A stretch of 64,000 bases of DNA from an uncultured Acidobacteriota bacterium (GCA_963837345.1 CAWIMX010000001.1:3086959-3150958), one strand, 5' to 3'; shown: positions 9,610 through 19,445, counted from the first letter of the stretch. The notes: generated by a model not told the origin, from the sequence alone. Translations and numbers: made by a program.

Positions 9610-10163
9610 CCGAGGTGGAAGTCGTTCGCAACGTCCGCGCCCGCCGGTACGTGATTCGCGTGCGGCCGGACGGCACCGTACGCGTGTCCGTGCCGCGGTG
9701 GGGATCGAGGCGGGAGGCGCTCGCGTTCGCGGAGCGCGAGCGCGCGTGGATCGAGAAGGAGCGCCGGCGTGTCGCCGAAGAGCAGGCGCGCGCGCGTCAA
9801 CTGGCGCCGCCGCCAGAGGTCGAGCGGGCGCTGCGGGCGAAAGCGGCGCGCGAACTGCCGCTTCGCGTCGGCGAGCTGGCGTCCGCTCACGGCCTCGCCG
9901 TCACGCGCGTGAGCGTGCGCAACCAGCGCTGGCGCTGGGGATCGTGCTCGCGCGCCGGCCACATCTGCCTGAACTGGCGGCTGGTGGCCATGCCGGCCTG
10001 GGTGCGCGACTACGTCATCGTGCACGAGCTCATGCATCTTCGGCGACTCGATCACTCGCCCCGCTTCTGGAAGCTCGTGGCCGCGGCGTGCCCCGACTAC
10101 CAGGAAGCGCGCGCGTGGCTGCGCCGCCACGCGGCCAGGCCCGAAAGCCTGCACTACAATTAG
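9606..10163 (+). CDS. YgjP/DUF45-type (M48-like) metal-dependent hydrolase
   Basis: Start MTEVEVVRNVRARRYVIRVRPDGTVRVSVPRW. Its ATG overlaps the SDR stop (ATGA). HELMHL zinc motif near the C-terminus. Confidence 0.85.
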   Translation: MTEVEVVRNVRARRYVIRVRPDGTVRVSVPRWGSRREALAFAERERAWIEKERRRVAEEQARARQLAPPPEVERALRAKAARELPLRVGELASAHGLAVTRVSVRNQRWRWGSCSRAGHICLNWRLVAMPAWVRDYVIVHELMHLRRLDHSPRFWKLVAAACPDYQEARAWLRRHAARPESLHYN

Positions 10164-10165
10164 CC

Positions 10166-10516
10166 ATGCGCGTCGTGAATCGCACCGCCGTCACCGTGAC
10201 CGGTGCCAGGCCGTATCTCGACTGGATGCGAACCTGCGACGCCGACGCGCACAAGGGCGCGATCACGGTGTCGCCCGCCAGGGTCTACGGCACGGCCTTT
10301 CTGCTCCCGGAATTCGAGCTCGAGGAGGATCTACAGGAGTGGATCGAAGAGAACGCCGCGTGGATTTTCGAGTTCCAGCTGGCCGCCTGGACCGAGGACG
10401 AGGCCGCCTGGCCGACCGTTCGCGACTTGAAGACGTTTCGTGAGTGGTTTCGCGTCGACGTGCATTCCGCCGTTGTGGACATCGCCGACGACGACATCGA
10501 AGGAGAAGAGCTCTAG
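10166..10516 (+). CDS. hypothetical acidic protein
   Basis: 116-aa segment (MRVVNRTAVTVTGARPYLDW...) of a longer track ORF. It starts 2 nt after the previous stop and is followed directly by the next ATG. Coding-like composition. Confidence 0.6.
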   Translation: MRVVNRTAVTVTGARPYLDWMRTCDADAHKGAITVSPARVYGTAFLLPEFELEEDLQEWIEENAAWIFEFQLAAWTEDEAAWPTVRDLKTFREWFRVDVHSAVVDIADDDIEGEEL

Positions 10517-10807
10517 ATGGCGCTCGTACACATGGTGTGTTTCAAGTACAGGGCAGGCGTCGACGAGGCCGCCCGCGCGGACCACCGCGCGAGGCTGCAG
10601 GCGCTGCGGCGCCTTGCGGGGATTCTGGACCTCAAGGTGGGCGCCGACGTCGTGGGGTCCGCGCGATCGTTCGATACCGGGCTCCTCATCACCTTTCCCG
10701 ACCGCGCCGCGCTCGACGCCTACCAGAAGGACCCCGCGCACGTGCCGGTGGCGCAGCTCGGGGCCGGCCTCGCCGAGCAGATCGTCGCGGTGGACTTCGA
10801 AAGCTAG
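10517..10807 (+). CDS. Dabb (stress-responsive alpha/beta barrel) family protein
   Basis: 96 aa. MALVHMVCFKYRAGV...DRAALDAYQKDPAHV is typical of Dabb domains. Confidence 0.85.
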   Translation: MALVHMVCFKYRAGVDEAARADHRARLQALRRLAGILDLKVGADVVGSARSFDTGLLITFPDRAALDAYQKDPAHVPVAQLGAGLAEQIVAVDFES

Positions 10808-11991
10808 CGTCCGCCGCCGGCGCTGCCCGGCGTGGCGGCTGGAGGCACCAGATCCGGATAGGGCAGAAACGTGAACAGGTGCCGCGCGACGAACTCCTGA
10901 ATCACGACGTCGGGGTGCTCGCGCGTCACGACGTCGGCATCGAAGTCGTTCTCCCACAGATACACCGCCCGGCTGAAGTGCTCCGACAGGTACGGCATCA
11001 GCCGACCCGCAAACGAGTCGCGGAACACGACCGCCCGCGGCCGCCGCGATCCGGGAATCTCGGTGACCAGACGTCCCTCCTCCCCATACGGGTCGGGGGT
11101 GGCCGGCTCGACCACGCGAGCCGCCCAGCCCCGGCGTGGCACGAGGCCGGGCATGGCCTCCTTGCCGCGATCGACGAGCCCGAGCATCGTGGTCTTGTCG
11201 CCCGAGGGCGCTGAGGCCGATGCGACGAAATCGGCGCGCGTCAACGGCTGCATCGAGGGAAACCAGCGCTGCAGCCGCCGCACGATCGCCTGATAGCCGA
11301 CCAGCCCGCCGCGATCGTTCCAGTGCGTGTCGTACCGGTCGTAGAGCAGCTCGGACGACTTGGCGGCCAGGAGCGGCGGACGCAGATCGAGCGGATCGAG
11401 CGTCGAATGCCTCCGGAGGTAGTCGAGCAGGCGATCCACCCGGTAGTCCGGGCTCATGCGGCCGAGCGTGGTCGGCATGAACTCGGGATAGATCATCTGC
11501 TTGTCGGGCGCGAACACGACCAGATAGTGGATGCCGCGTTCGGCCAGCCAGTCGCGCGTGCGTTCGAGCGTGTCCTTCCACGCGCGCAGGCTCTCGGCGT
11601 CGAACGGCTCCGTCTGGACGTAGTCCTGCAGTCCGCCGTCGTCGGCATAGAAGAGCCAGCCGTCCTTGCCCGCGATCACCGTGTCGGACGGAGAGGTTCG
11701 CAGCCCCTCCCACAGCGCGACGGCCTGCAGATGGATCAGACGCGACCGGAAGGCGAAGTGATCCACGAAGTACTGCTTGAACGCGGCCGGCCAGGCTGCG
11801 ATCGCGTGCGCCTGCCACGACCACGCAGGCGCCGGGGCGAGCTCGCGCATCTCGGCTTCCGAAATCGTCGATCGATCGACCCCGGCCACCATCCCGAGGC
11901 CGGGTGCGGCAAGAACGACGAGAAAGATGCCCACGACGGCCAGCGTTGATGCGCGCGACGCGGACGTGCGGCTCGAGGGCACCACCGTCAT
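10804..11991 (-). CDS. AlgJ/AlgX-like SGNH-type O-acyltransferase partner protein
   Basis: C-terminal 395 codons of the 898-aa track ORF. Starts MTVVPSSRTSASRASTLAVVGIFLVVLAAP (membrane anchor). Has FAPDK and DTHW motifs as in alginate O-acetylation AlgJ/AlgX. Its ATG overlaps the MBOAT stop (ATGA at 11991). Confidence 0.8.
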   Translation of the reverse strand: MTVVPSSRTSASRASTLAVVGIFLVVLAAPGLGMVAGVDRSTISEAEMRELAPAPAWSWQAHAIAAWPAAFKQYFVDHFAFRSRLIHLQAVALWEGLRTSPSDTVIAGKDGWLFYADDGGLQDYVQTEPFDAESLRAWKDTLERTRDWLAERGIHYLVVFAPDKQMIYPEFMPTTLGRMSPDYRVDRLLDYLRRHSTLDPLDLRPPLLAAKSSELLYDRYDTHWNDRGGLVGYQAIVRRLQRWFPSMQPLTRADFVASASAPSGDKTTMLGLVDRGKEAMPGLVPRRGWAARVVEPATPDPYGEEGRLVTEIPGSRRPRAVVFRDSFAGRLMPYLSEHFSRAVYLWENDFDADVVTREHPDVVIQEFVARHLFTFLPYPDLVPPAATPGSAGGGR

Positions 11992-13454
11992 CAGAACCTG
12001 AAATAGATGAACGGGTCGTAGGTGCCGGCGGCGACCTGGACGATCGACGCGGCGAGCAGCAGCGCGAAGCCCACGGAGGCGCCCGCGGCCACGGTCCAAC
12101 CGGCGGCCGGGCGTGCGCGATCGTCGACGACGCGGTCGCGCCACGCGGCGAGCCATGGCCCGAGCGGCGCCGACAACGCCATGCCCGCCGCGATCGTGAT
12201 CGCGACGTGTGGAGTCAGGAACCAGGCCGCGCCGTACGGCGTGGGCGCGGCGAGGCCCCCGCCGCCGAGCGCTCTCAGGAACGCGAGGGCTCCCGTGAGC
12301 GTGTCGGCGCGGAAGAACACCCACCCGACCATCACGACGGCCATGGCGTAGCCGTGGCGGAACGGCCCGGGCAGCCGGCCGATCCGCGCGGCGAGCCCGA
12401 GGCGTTCGCCGACCAGAAAGAGCCCGTGGAACAGCCCCCACACGACGAAGTTCCAGCTCGCGCCATGCCACAGGCCGCACAACGCGAACACCGTGACGAG
12501 GTTGACGTACAGGCGCCGCGGACTGACGCGGTTCCCTCCGAGCGGCACGTACAGATAGTCGCGGAACCAGGTCGACAAGGAAATGTGCCAGCGGCGCCAG
12601 AACTCCTGGACGGTTTGTGCCACGTACGGCCAGCGGAAGTTCTCGGGAAAATGAAAACCGAACATGCGGCCGAGGCCGATCGCCATGTCGGAGTATCCGG
12701 AGAAGTCGAAGTAGATCTGGAGCGTGTAGCAGGTGAGGCCCAGCCAGGCATGGGCGGCCGACCACTGCGCCGGCGGCATCGCGAAGATGCGATCGGCGGG
12801 TCCGGCCACGACATTGGCCACGAGGACCTTCTTGGCGAGACCCGTGACGAAGCGGCGCGCGCCGTAGGCGAAGTCGTCGATCGAGACCCGCCTCTGGGCC
12901 AGCTCGCCGGCGATGTCGCGGTAGCGGATGATCGGTCCGGCGATCAGCTGGGGGAAGAGCAGGAGATAGAGCGCCGCGTGCACCGGATTCTTCTGGGCGG
13001 CGGCGTCGCGGCGATAGACGTCGACGACGTACGAGATGGCGTGGAACGTGAAGAACGAAATTCCAATCGGAAGCAATACCCGCGGCAGCGGAATCGCCCG
13101 CCCGCCGGCCGACTGCAGGATCGTATTCAGGTTGTCGCCGAAGAAGTTGGCGTACTTGAAGATGCCGAGGACGGCGAGGTCGACGCCGATGGCGATCGCG
13201 AGGAGGGCCCGCGCGCGGCCCGTCGCGCGGCCGCGGTCGACGGCGATGGCCATCCGGTAGTTGAAGGCGATCGACGCGAGCATCAGCGCGGTGAACCAGC
13301 CTCCGCCCGTGACATAGAAGACGACGCTCGCGACGAGCAGCAGCAGGTTGGCGTAACGGCCGTGCCCCCCGGCGCGGAATGCCCGTGGCGCGAAGTACAA
13401 AGCCAGCAGGACGGGGAGGAACAGAAAGAGAAAGATCGGTTCGCTGAAGAGCAC
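11991..13454 (-). CDS. MBOAT family O-acyltransferase (AlgI/DltB-like)
   Basis: 487 aa, polytopic. MLFSEPIFLFLFLPVLLALYF start and the conserved WRRWHISLSTWFRDYLYVPLGG region with the catalytic His. Confidence 0.9.
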   Translation of the reverse strand: MLFSEPIFLFLFLPVLLALYFAPRAFRAGGHGRYANLLLLVASVVFYVTGGGWFTALMLASIAFNYRMAIAVDRGRATGRARALLAIAIGVDLAVLGIFKYANFFGDNLNTILQSAGGRAIPLPRVLLPIGISFFTFHAISYVVDVYRRDAAAQKNPVHAALYLLLFPQLIAGPIIRYRDIAGELAQRRVSIDDFAYGARRFVTGLAKKVLVANVVAGPADRIFAMPPAQWSAAHAWLGLTCYTLQIYFDFSGYSDMAIGLGRMFGFHFPENFRWPYVAQTVQEFWRRWHISLSTWFRDYLYVPLGGNRVSPRRLYVNLVTVFALCGLWHGASWNFVVWGLFHGLFLVGERLGLAARIGRLPGPFRHGYAMAVVMVGWVFFRADTLTGALAFLRALGGGGLAAPTPYGAAWFLTPHVAITIAAGMALSAPLGPWLAAWRDRVVDDRARPAAGWTVAAGASVGFALLLAASIVQVAAGTYDPFIYFRF

Positions 13455-13489
13455 CTTGGCAGGAACCCGGCCCGACTAGAATAGCAGCA

Positions 13490-13975
13490 ATGGACGACAC
13501 GATGCTGACGCCGTCACGCCTGTGGAAGCAGATGAGCTCCGCTCAGCGGCTGCAGGCGGCGCTCGCATTCTGGCAGGACGACCAGGCGATCGACGATCAC
13601 GTCCAGGCCGCCCTGGTGATTGCGCAGCAGAAGAAATTCCGCCCGAAGACGGTCATCGGCCTGGATCTCGACCGGAAGGCCAAGCACCTGGCCAGTCTGC
13701 CGACGCTGCCCGATTCACTCGCGGCGCGCACGCTGGTCGTCTACCACCTCACGGCCAAGCGCCCGATGATGGGAGCCTTCCTCGACCTTCTGGGCATGGC
13801 CCACGAGAACGGCGTCATCGAGGACGACGAGGCGAGGCCGGATCCCGCTCGGATCGCCGACGCGGTCGCTTCCCTCGACCGCCAGTTTCCTGCCGAGGAT
13901 GTCTCGCTGTACCTGCGCACGCTCGTGAGTCAGGATCCCGAGACGTGGGGCGCGCTCCGCGGGGTGCTCGTCTAG
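13490..13975 (+). CDS. hypothetical protein
   Basis: 161-aa ORF with coding-like composition. TAGAAT lies 7 nt upstream of the ATG and there is no SD. Confidence 0.6.
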   Translation: MDDTMLTPSRLWKQMSSAQRLQAALAFWQDDQAIDDHVQAALVIAQQKKFRPKTVIGLDLDRKAKHLASLPTLPDSLAARTLVVYHLTAKRPMMGAFLDLLGMAHENGVIEDDEARPDPARIADAVASLDRQFPAEDVSLYLRTLVSQDPETWGALRGVLV

Positions 13976-15849
13976 GGCCGCGTGGCGGGCGGCTCGCTCA
14001 GGGGTAGCAGCACGTCGAACGTCGTGCCCTGATCCGGCGCCGACGACACCGCCACCGAGCCGCCGGCCTCCTTGGCGATGCTGTAGACGATCGAGAGTCC
14101 GAGGCCGCTGCCCGTGGCGGGATTCTTCGTCGTGAAGAACGGCTCGAACAGGTGCGGCTGGAGCTCGGGAGCGATGCCCGGGCCGGTGTCGCGGACCGAG
14201 AGGCGCGCGTAGCGGCCAGGCTCGAGATTGGGGTACCGGCGCAGGGCGGTGGCGTCCAGGTGCACGCTCTCCACCGTGACGTCGATCGTTCCGCCCGCCG
14301 GCATGGCTTCGGCGGCGTTCACCACGAGGTTGAGGACCACTTGTTCGAGCTCGCCCGACTCGGCGAGGACGAACGGCGTTGGCCCGGGCGTGTGCAGCCG
14401 CAGCTCGATCCCGTCGCTCGTGAGCCGTTCGAGCATGAGCGTCATACCCGTGACGATCTCGTGGGCATCGAGCACTTGCGGCGCCTGCGTCGGGCGCCCG
14501 CTGAATGCCAGGAGTTTGCGGGTGAAGGTGGCGCCGCGCCCGGCGGCTTTGATGATCTCTTCCGCTTCGTCCCGGGCCGGGTGGTCGGGCGGCAGTCGCA
14601 CCGACAGCAGATCGGCCGAGGCGAGGATGGCCGCCAGCACGTTGTTGAAGTCGTGGGCGACGCCGCGCGCCAGCAGGCCGATTGCCTCCATTTTCTGGGC
14701 CCGTCGCAGCTGCTGCTCGAGCGCCCGTCGGGCGGTCACGTCTTCGGCAATCACCTCGTAGCACACCTCCGGCTCGTCCTCGAACGCGACGCGTCGGGCC
14801 GTGAGGTGAACGATGAGCGAACTGCCGTCCTTGCGCCGCCATCGCGCCTGGACCGAGATGGCGGAGCGCTGCGCGACCTGATCGACATAGCGGGCGCGAT
14901 CCTCGGGATGCTCGTAGAAGTCCACCATGTTGCGCGACGTCAAATCGCCTGGCGAATCGTAGCCGAGCATCTGGGCGAACGCAGGGTTGGCGTCGAGAAT
15001 GGTGCCGTCGGGCGTGGATCGAAAGATGCCGTAGGCGGCGCCGGCGATCAGCGAGCGGTATCGGGCCTCGGATTGTCGCAGCCGTTCTTCGGCGTTCTTC
15101 CGCGACGTGATATCGCGCGCGATCGCCTGGACGCCGACGACGTCGTCACCGTCGGTCACGAGCTGCACGTGCTGACCGAGCCAGACGACGTCGCCGCGGC
15201 GGGTCACGCAGGGAAATTCGAAATAGGTATTCGGCGTCCGATCCTCGATCTGCGCGCGATAGAGCGTGACGGCGCGGTCGTGGTAGTCGGCGCGGATGAG
15301 CGTGAGGAAGTGGCGGCCGATCAGCTCGCCGGGTGGGTACTCTGTGACGCGGCTGGCGGTCGGATTCGTGTAGATGAAGACGCCCGACCGGTCGCAACGG
15401 TAGATGATGTCCTCGGCTCGTTCCACGAACTGTCGCAGGCGTTCCTGGCTCGCCTGGAGCGCGCGTTCTGATCGCGTGCGTTCCGTCACATCGCGGAAAT
15501 TGACCACGATCGCCGCCACCGGCGCGTCGGCGAGCCGGTTGGCGGCAATCGCCTCGATGTCGTGCCATGAGCCGTCGTGGTGGCGCACGCGGAACCCGGC
15601 GGAGACCGGCGCGCCCGGGCGCTCGAGGCAGGTGGCGAGCGCGGCACGGACGCGCGGCAGATCGTCGGGATGCACGAGGTCGAAGAGGGGCTGCCCCAGA
15701 CGCTCGGCCAGGGGATGCCCCAGCATGCGCTCCGACGACGGGCTGGCGAAGCGCAGTCGGCCCTCGCCGTCGACCAGGGCGATGCCGTCGGCGCTGTGCT
15801 CGACCAGCACGCGGAAGAGGTCTGCGGAGTCGGCGTCTTCGGGGCCCAT
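13972..15849 (-). CDS. cytoplasmic multi-PAS sensor histidine kinase
   Basis: 625-aa C-terminal part of the 979-aa track ORF, starting MGPEDADSADLFRVLVEHSADGIALVD. Three PAS-like modules. H-box GVAHDFNNVL and HATPase motifs (DTGPGI, GSGLGLS). Confidence 0.88.
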   Translation of the reverse strand: MGPEDADSADLFRVLVEHSADGIALVDGEGRLRFASPSSERMLGHPLAERLGQPLFDLVHPDDLPRVRAALATCLERPGAPVSAGFRVRHHDGSWHDIEAIAANRLADAPVAAIVVNFRDVTERTRSERALQASQERLRQFVERAEDIIYRCDRSGVFIYTNPTASRVTEYPPGELIGRHFLTLIRADYHDRAVTLYRAQIEDRTPNTYFEFPCVTRRGDVVWLGQHVQLVTDGDDVVGVQAIARDITSRKNAEERLRQSEARYRSLIAGAAYGIFRSTPDGTILDANPAFAQMLGYDSPGDLTSRNMVDFYEHPEDRARYVDQVAQRSAISVQARWRRKDGSSLIVHLTARRVAFEDEPEVCYEVIAEDVTARRALEQQLRRAQKMEAIGLLARGVAHDFNNVLAAILASADLLSVRLPPDHPARDEAEEIIKAAGRGATFTRKLLAFSGRPTQAPQVLDAHEIVTGMTLMLERLTSDGIELRLHTPGPTPFVLAESGELEQVVLNLVVNAAEAMPAGGTIDVTVESVHLDATALRRYPNLEPGRYARLSVRDTGPGIAPELQPHLFEPFFTTKNPATGSGLGLSIVYSIAKEAGGSVAVSSAPDQGTTFDVLLPLSEPPATRP

Positions 15850-15891
15850 CCGACAGGAGAATACGACAATTGTGGCATCATCCCAGATCGC

Positions 15892-16905
15892 ATGCGCAAA
15901 CCGGTGACGCTGGTGACGGGGGCGGGCGGCGAGATCGGACACGGGCTCGTCGCCCGGCTGGCCGACTCGGGCACCATCATCGTGACCCTCGACGTCAGTC
16001 CGCTCGACGCGACCCTCGCGCCGCTGGTATCGCGCGAATTCACCGGTTCGATCACCGACGCCGTGCTCCTCGAGCGCATCCTGGCCGAGTTCGAGGTCGA
16101 CCTCGTCTTCCATCTCGCGGCGCTGCTCTCGACGCGCTCGGAGTTCGCGCCTCTCACGGCGCATCGCGTGAACGTGGAAGGCACCCTGCAGCTGCTCGAG
16201 TTCGCGCAGAAGGAAGGGGAGTCGCACGGACGCCCTGTCGTGTTCGTGTATCCGTCCTCCATCGCGGCGTTCGGCCTTCCGGATGCGGCGACCAAAGCCC
16301 GCGTGCCGCCCGTGACCGAGGACGACTGGCTGCGACCGATGACGATGTACGGCTGCAACAAGCTGGCATGCGAACAGATGGGACGCTACTACGCACGGCA
16401 CTACAAGCAGCTGTCGGCCGACGCCGCCGCTCCGCGCGTGGATTTCCGGGCCGTGCGCTTTCCAGGGCTCATGTCGGCGACGACGCTGCCGGCCGGCGGC
16501 ACGTCCGACTATGCGCCCGAGATGATGCACGCCGCGGCCCGCGGCGAGGCCTACGCCTGTTTCGTGCGGCCCGATACGCGCATTCCCTTCCTGGCCATGC
16601 CGGATGCGGTGGCCGCCCTCGTCACGCTGGCGGCCGCGCCCCGCGACCGCCTCACCCGGACCACCTACAACGCGGGGGGGTTCAGTCCGACGGCGGAGGC
16701 GATCCGCCGCCTGACGATCGAGGCGTTTCCCGGTGCGGCGATCACCTTCGCGGTCGACGAGAAGCGGCAGCGCATCGTCGACTCGTGGCCGGCCGAAGTC
16801 GACGACCGTTCGGCGCGCGCCGACTGGGGCTTCAGTCCGCGCTACGACTTCGAGCACGCCTTCAGCGAGTACCTCGTTCCGACGATCCGCCGCCGCTACC
16901 GGTGA
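15892..16905 (+). CDS. NAD-dependent epimerase/dehydratase family protein, SDR-type L-threonine 3-dehydrogenase-like
   Basis: 337 aa from MRKPVTLVTGAGGEIGHGL. FRAVRFPGLMSATTLPAGGTSDYAPEMMHAAARG and QRIVDSWPAEVDDRSARADWGF closely resemble eukaryote/bacterial SDR-type TDH. Confidence 0.85.
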   Translation: MRKPVTLVTGAGGEIGHGLVARLADSGTIIVTLDVSPLDATLAPLVSREFTGSITDAVLLERILAEFEVDLVFHLAALLSTRSEFAPLTAHRVNVEGTLQLLEFAQKEGESHGRPVVFVYPSSIAAFGLPDAATKARVPPVTEDDWLRPMTMYGCNKLACEQMGRYYARHYKQLSADAAAPRVDFRAVRFPGLMSATTLPAGGTSDYAPEMMHAAARGEAYACFVRPDTRIPFLAMPDAVAALVTLAAAPRDRLTRTTYNAGGFSPTAEAIRRLTIEAFPGAAITFAVDEKRQRIVDSWPAEVDDRSARADWGFSPRYDFEHAFSEYLVPTIRRRYR

Positions 16906-16946
16906 CGCCAAGCCGTCGTGTATCGATCAGGTAAGATGATCCTCCG

Positions 16947-17888
16947 ATGAACGAGGTGACGGCGTTCGCGCCGGCGACGGTCTCGAACGTCGGCTGCGGT
17001 TTCGACGTGCTGGGCTTCGCGCTCGAGCAGCCCGGCGACGAAGTGACCGCCCGGGACGGACCGGCTGGCGTGACGATCGAGGCCATCGAGGGCGACGAGG
17101 GACGCTTGCCGCGCGACGCCGCGCGGAACACGGCCGGCGTCGCCGCGGCGGCCCTCCTCCGCGCGCTGGGAGAACGGCGCGGCGTCCGGCTGCGGATCCG
17201 CAAGGGGCTGCCGCTCGCCAGCGGACTCGGCGGGAGCGCGGCGAGCGCGGCGGCGGCCGTCGTCGCCGTGAGCGGGCTGTTCGAGGCTCGCGTGTCGCTC
17301 GAGACGCTCTTCGCCTGTGCGCTCGAGGGCGAGTCGCTCGGCGCGGGATCGGCGCATGCCGACAACATCGCTCCGGCGATCTACGGCGGGTTCGTGCTCG
17401 TCCGTTGCCCCAGCCCGCCGGACGTGGTGCGGCTGCCGGTGCCGGCCGGACTCACGGCGGTCGTGGTGCACCCGGATCTGGAAATCGAGACGGCGCGCGC
17501 GCGGGCGCTTCTCGGCGACACGGTTCCGCTGAGAGACGCCGTGCGCCAGTGGGCGAACCTGGGTGCACTCGTCGACGGCCTGCATCGCGGCGACTTTGCG
17601 CTCATCGGTCGGGCCATCGAAGATGCCATCGCCGAGCCGCGGCGCGCGGCGCTCGTCCCGGGCCTCGAAGTGGTCAAGCAGGCGGCCCGGGACGCCGGCG
17701 CCCTCGGTGCCGGGCTGTCGGGTTCCGGTCCGTCGCTCTTCGCGCTGTGCGCCGATCGCCTCACGGCCGACCGCGCGGCGGGGGCCATGGCGGCGGCAGT
17801 GACCTCCGAGATGCAGGTGGGCCTGCAGACCTACGTCTCCCCGATTGCCGCCAGGGGCGCGCACGTCGTGGCGACATGCGCTTCATAA
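16947..17888 (+). CDS. thrB: homoserine kinase
   Basis: 313 aa. FAPATVSNVGCGFDVLG and GLPLASGLGGSAASAAAAV GHMP-kinase motifs. Confidence 0.92.
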   Translation: MNEVTAFAPATVSNVGCGFDVLGFALEQPGDEVTARDGPAGVTIEAIEGDEGRLPRDAARNTAGVAAAALLRALGERRGVRLRIRKGLPLASGLGGSAASAAAAVVAVSGLFEARVSLETLFACALEGESLGAGSAHADNIAPAIYGGFVLVRCPSPPDVVRLPVPAGLTAVVVHPDLEIETARARALLGDTVPLRDAVRQWANLGALVDGLHRGDFALIGRAIEDAIAEPRRAALVPGLEVVKQAARDAGALGAGLSGSGPSLFALCADRLTADRAAGAMAAAVTSEMQVGLQTYVSPIAARGAHVVATCAS

Positions 17889-19192
17889 CGACCCGCGGCC
17901 GCGCGCCGGCCGCCAGTCTCGAGTTCGCGCTGTTCGACGGCCTTGCTCCCGACGGCGGTCTGTACGTGCCCGAGGCGCTCGATCCCTGGCCCGCCGAGGA
18001 GATCGGCCGGCTCCCGCGCCGCACGCTCACCGAGATCGCCTTTCGCGTGCTGCGTCCGTTCACGCGCGACCTCGATGCCGCGACGTTCGAAGCCGTGGTC
18101 GTCGAGGCCCTGAATTTTCCGATTCCCCTCGTCGAGGTCGAGCCGGAGCGCTATGCGCTGGAGCTGTTTCATGGCCCGACGCTGGCGTTCAAGGACGTCG
18201 GCGCACGGGTCATGGCGCGCCTGATGGCGGCATTGCACGATGGCGGCGACCCGACGACGGTGCTGGTCGCGACGTCCGGCGACACCGGCGGCGCGGTTGC
18301 GCATGCCTTCTATCAGGTGCCGCACATGCGCGTCGTGGTGCTCTACCCGGCCGGTCGCGTGAGCCCCACACAGGAAGCCCAGCTGACCATGTTCAACGGC
18401 GTCGAGGGCTCGAACGTCCGCGCGTTCGCCGTCGACGGCAGCTTCGACGACTGCCAGGGCCTGGTCAAGGCGGCGTTCGCCGACGAGGAGTACCTCCGTC
18501 GCGTCCGGTTGACGTCGGCCAACTCCATCAACATCGGGCGGCTGTTGCCACAGATGGTCTATTACTTCCAGGCGGTCGCGGATCTCTGGCGACAGCGTCC
18601 CGATGCCGGTGCGCCGGTCTTCTCGACGCCGAGCGGCAATTTCGGCAATCTGACGGCCGGACTCATGGCCAGGCGTCTGGGCCTGCCGGTCGTCCGGTTC
18701 GTGGCCGCCACGAACGTCAACGATGTCGTGCCGGAATATCTGGCAACCGGACTGTTCGAGGCCCGGCCGTCGATTCCCACGATCGCGAATGCCATGGACG
18801 TCGGGAACCCGAGCAACTTCGAGCGAATGCTGTGGCTCTACGGCCGCAGCGTCGCTGCCATGCGCCAGGACATCACCGGCAGCCGCCACACCGACAGCGA
18901 AGTGAAGGCCACGATCAGACGCGTCTGGGAAGAACGCGGCTACCTGCTCGATCCGCACGCGGCGATCGGATACCTGGGTGTGACCAAGTACCTGGGCCAG
19001 GCAGGTCAGTCGGGTCAGGCCGGAATTTTTCTGGCGACGGCGCATCCGGCGAAGTTCGGTGAGGTCGTGGAGGCCATCATCGGGGAGCCGGTCGACAAGC
19101 CCGGGCCTCTCGCCGACGCGCTGGCCGCGGCGCGGCCGATCATGTCGCTCCCGGCTTCGCTCGACGACGTCAAGAGCGTCGTGAGTGGCTGA
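17876..19192 (+). CDS. thrC: threonine synthase
   Basis: 438 aa from MRFITTRGRAPAASLEFALFDGLAPDGGLYVPE. FKDVG PLP-lysine region. Overlaps the thrB end by 13 nt. Confidence 0.92.
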   Translation: MRFITTRGRAPAASLEFALFDGLAPDGGLYVPEALDPWPAEEIGRLPRRTLTEIAFRVLRPFTRDLDAATFEAVVVEALNFPIPLVEVEPERYALELFHGPTLAFKDVGARVMARLMAALHDGGDPTTVLVATSGDTGGAVAHAFYQVPHMRVVVLYPAGRVSPTQEAQLTMFNGVEGSNVRAFAVDGSFDDCQGLVKAAFADEEYLRRVRLTSANSINIGRLLPQMVYYFQAVADLWRQRPDAGAPVFSTPSGNFGNLTAGLMARRLGLPVVRFVAATNVNDVVPEYLATGLFEARPSIPTIANAMDVGNPSNFERMLWLYGRSVAAMRQDITGSRHTDSEVKATIRRVWEERGYLLDPHAAIGYLGVTKYLGQAGQSGQAGIFLATAHPAKFGEVVEAIIGEPVDKPGPLADALAAARPIMSLPASLDDVKSVVSG

Positions 19193-19445
19193 TTCCCGCC
19201 GGGAGTACCGCTATCGCCAGGACGTGCTGGACGAACTGCTGCGCCTGGGCATCATTCCTGCGCCCCACACCCGGCCGGAGCTCGTGCACGAATTCGTCCG
19301 CGATCTGTATCGCGTGGAGATTCGTCGCCTGCGGGAACGGCTGCTGCAGCACGAATTCCCCCGGCGCGAGTACGCCGACCGCGTGGTGGCGCTGCGCCGG
19401 AAGTACCCGCTCACCGCGATGCGCCCGCGCGACTGGCTGGAATAG
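19185..19445 (+). CDS. small basic hypothetical protein
   Basis: 86-aa ORF with a GTG start overlapping the thrC stop by 8 nt. Coding-like composition. Confidence 0.5.
   Translation: MADSRREYRYRQDVLDELLRLGIIPAPHTRPELVHEFVRDLYRVEIRRLRERLLQHEFPRREYADRVVALRRKYPLTAMRPRDWLE

Noticed and set aside
10804-16911. 898-aa (10804-13500) and 979-aa (13972-16911) minus-strand ORFs taken as single genes
   Set aside because: The N-terminal portions are antisense or out-of-frame to the MBOAT and TDH-like genes and are compositionally aberrant. Internal starts (11991 and 15849) give family-typical N-termini.
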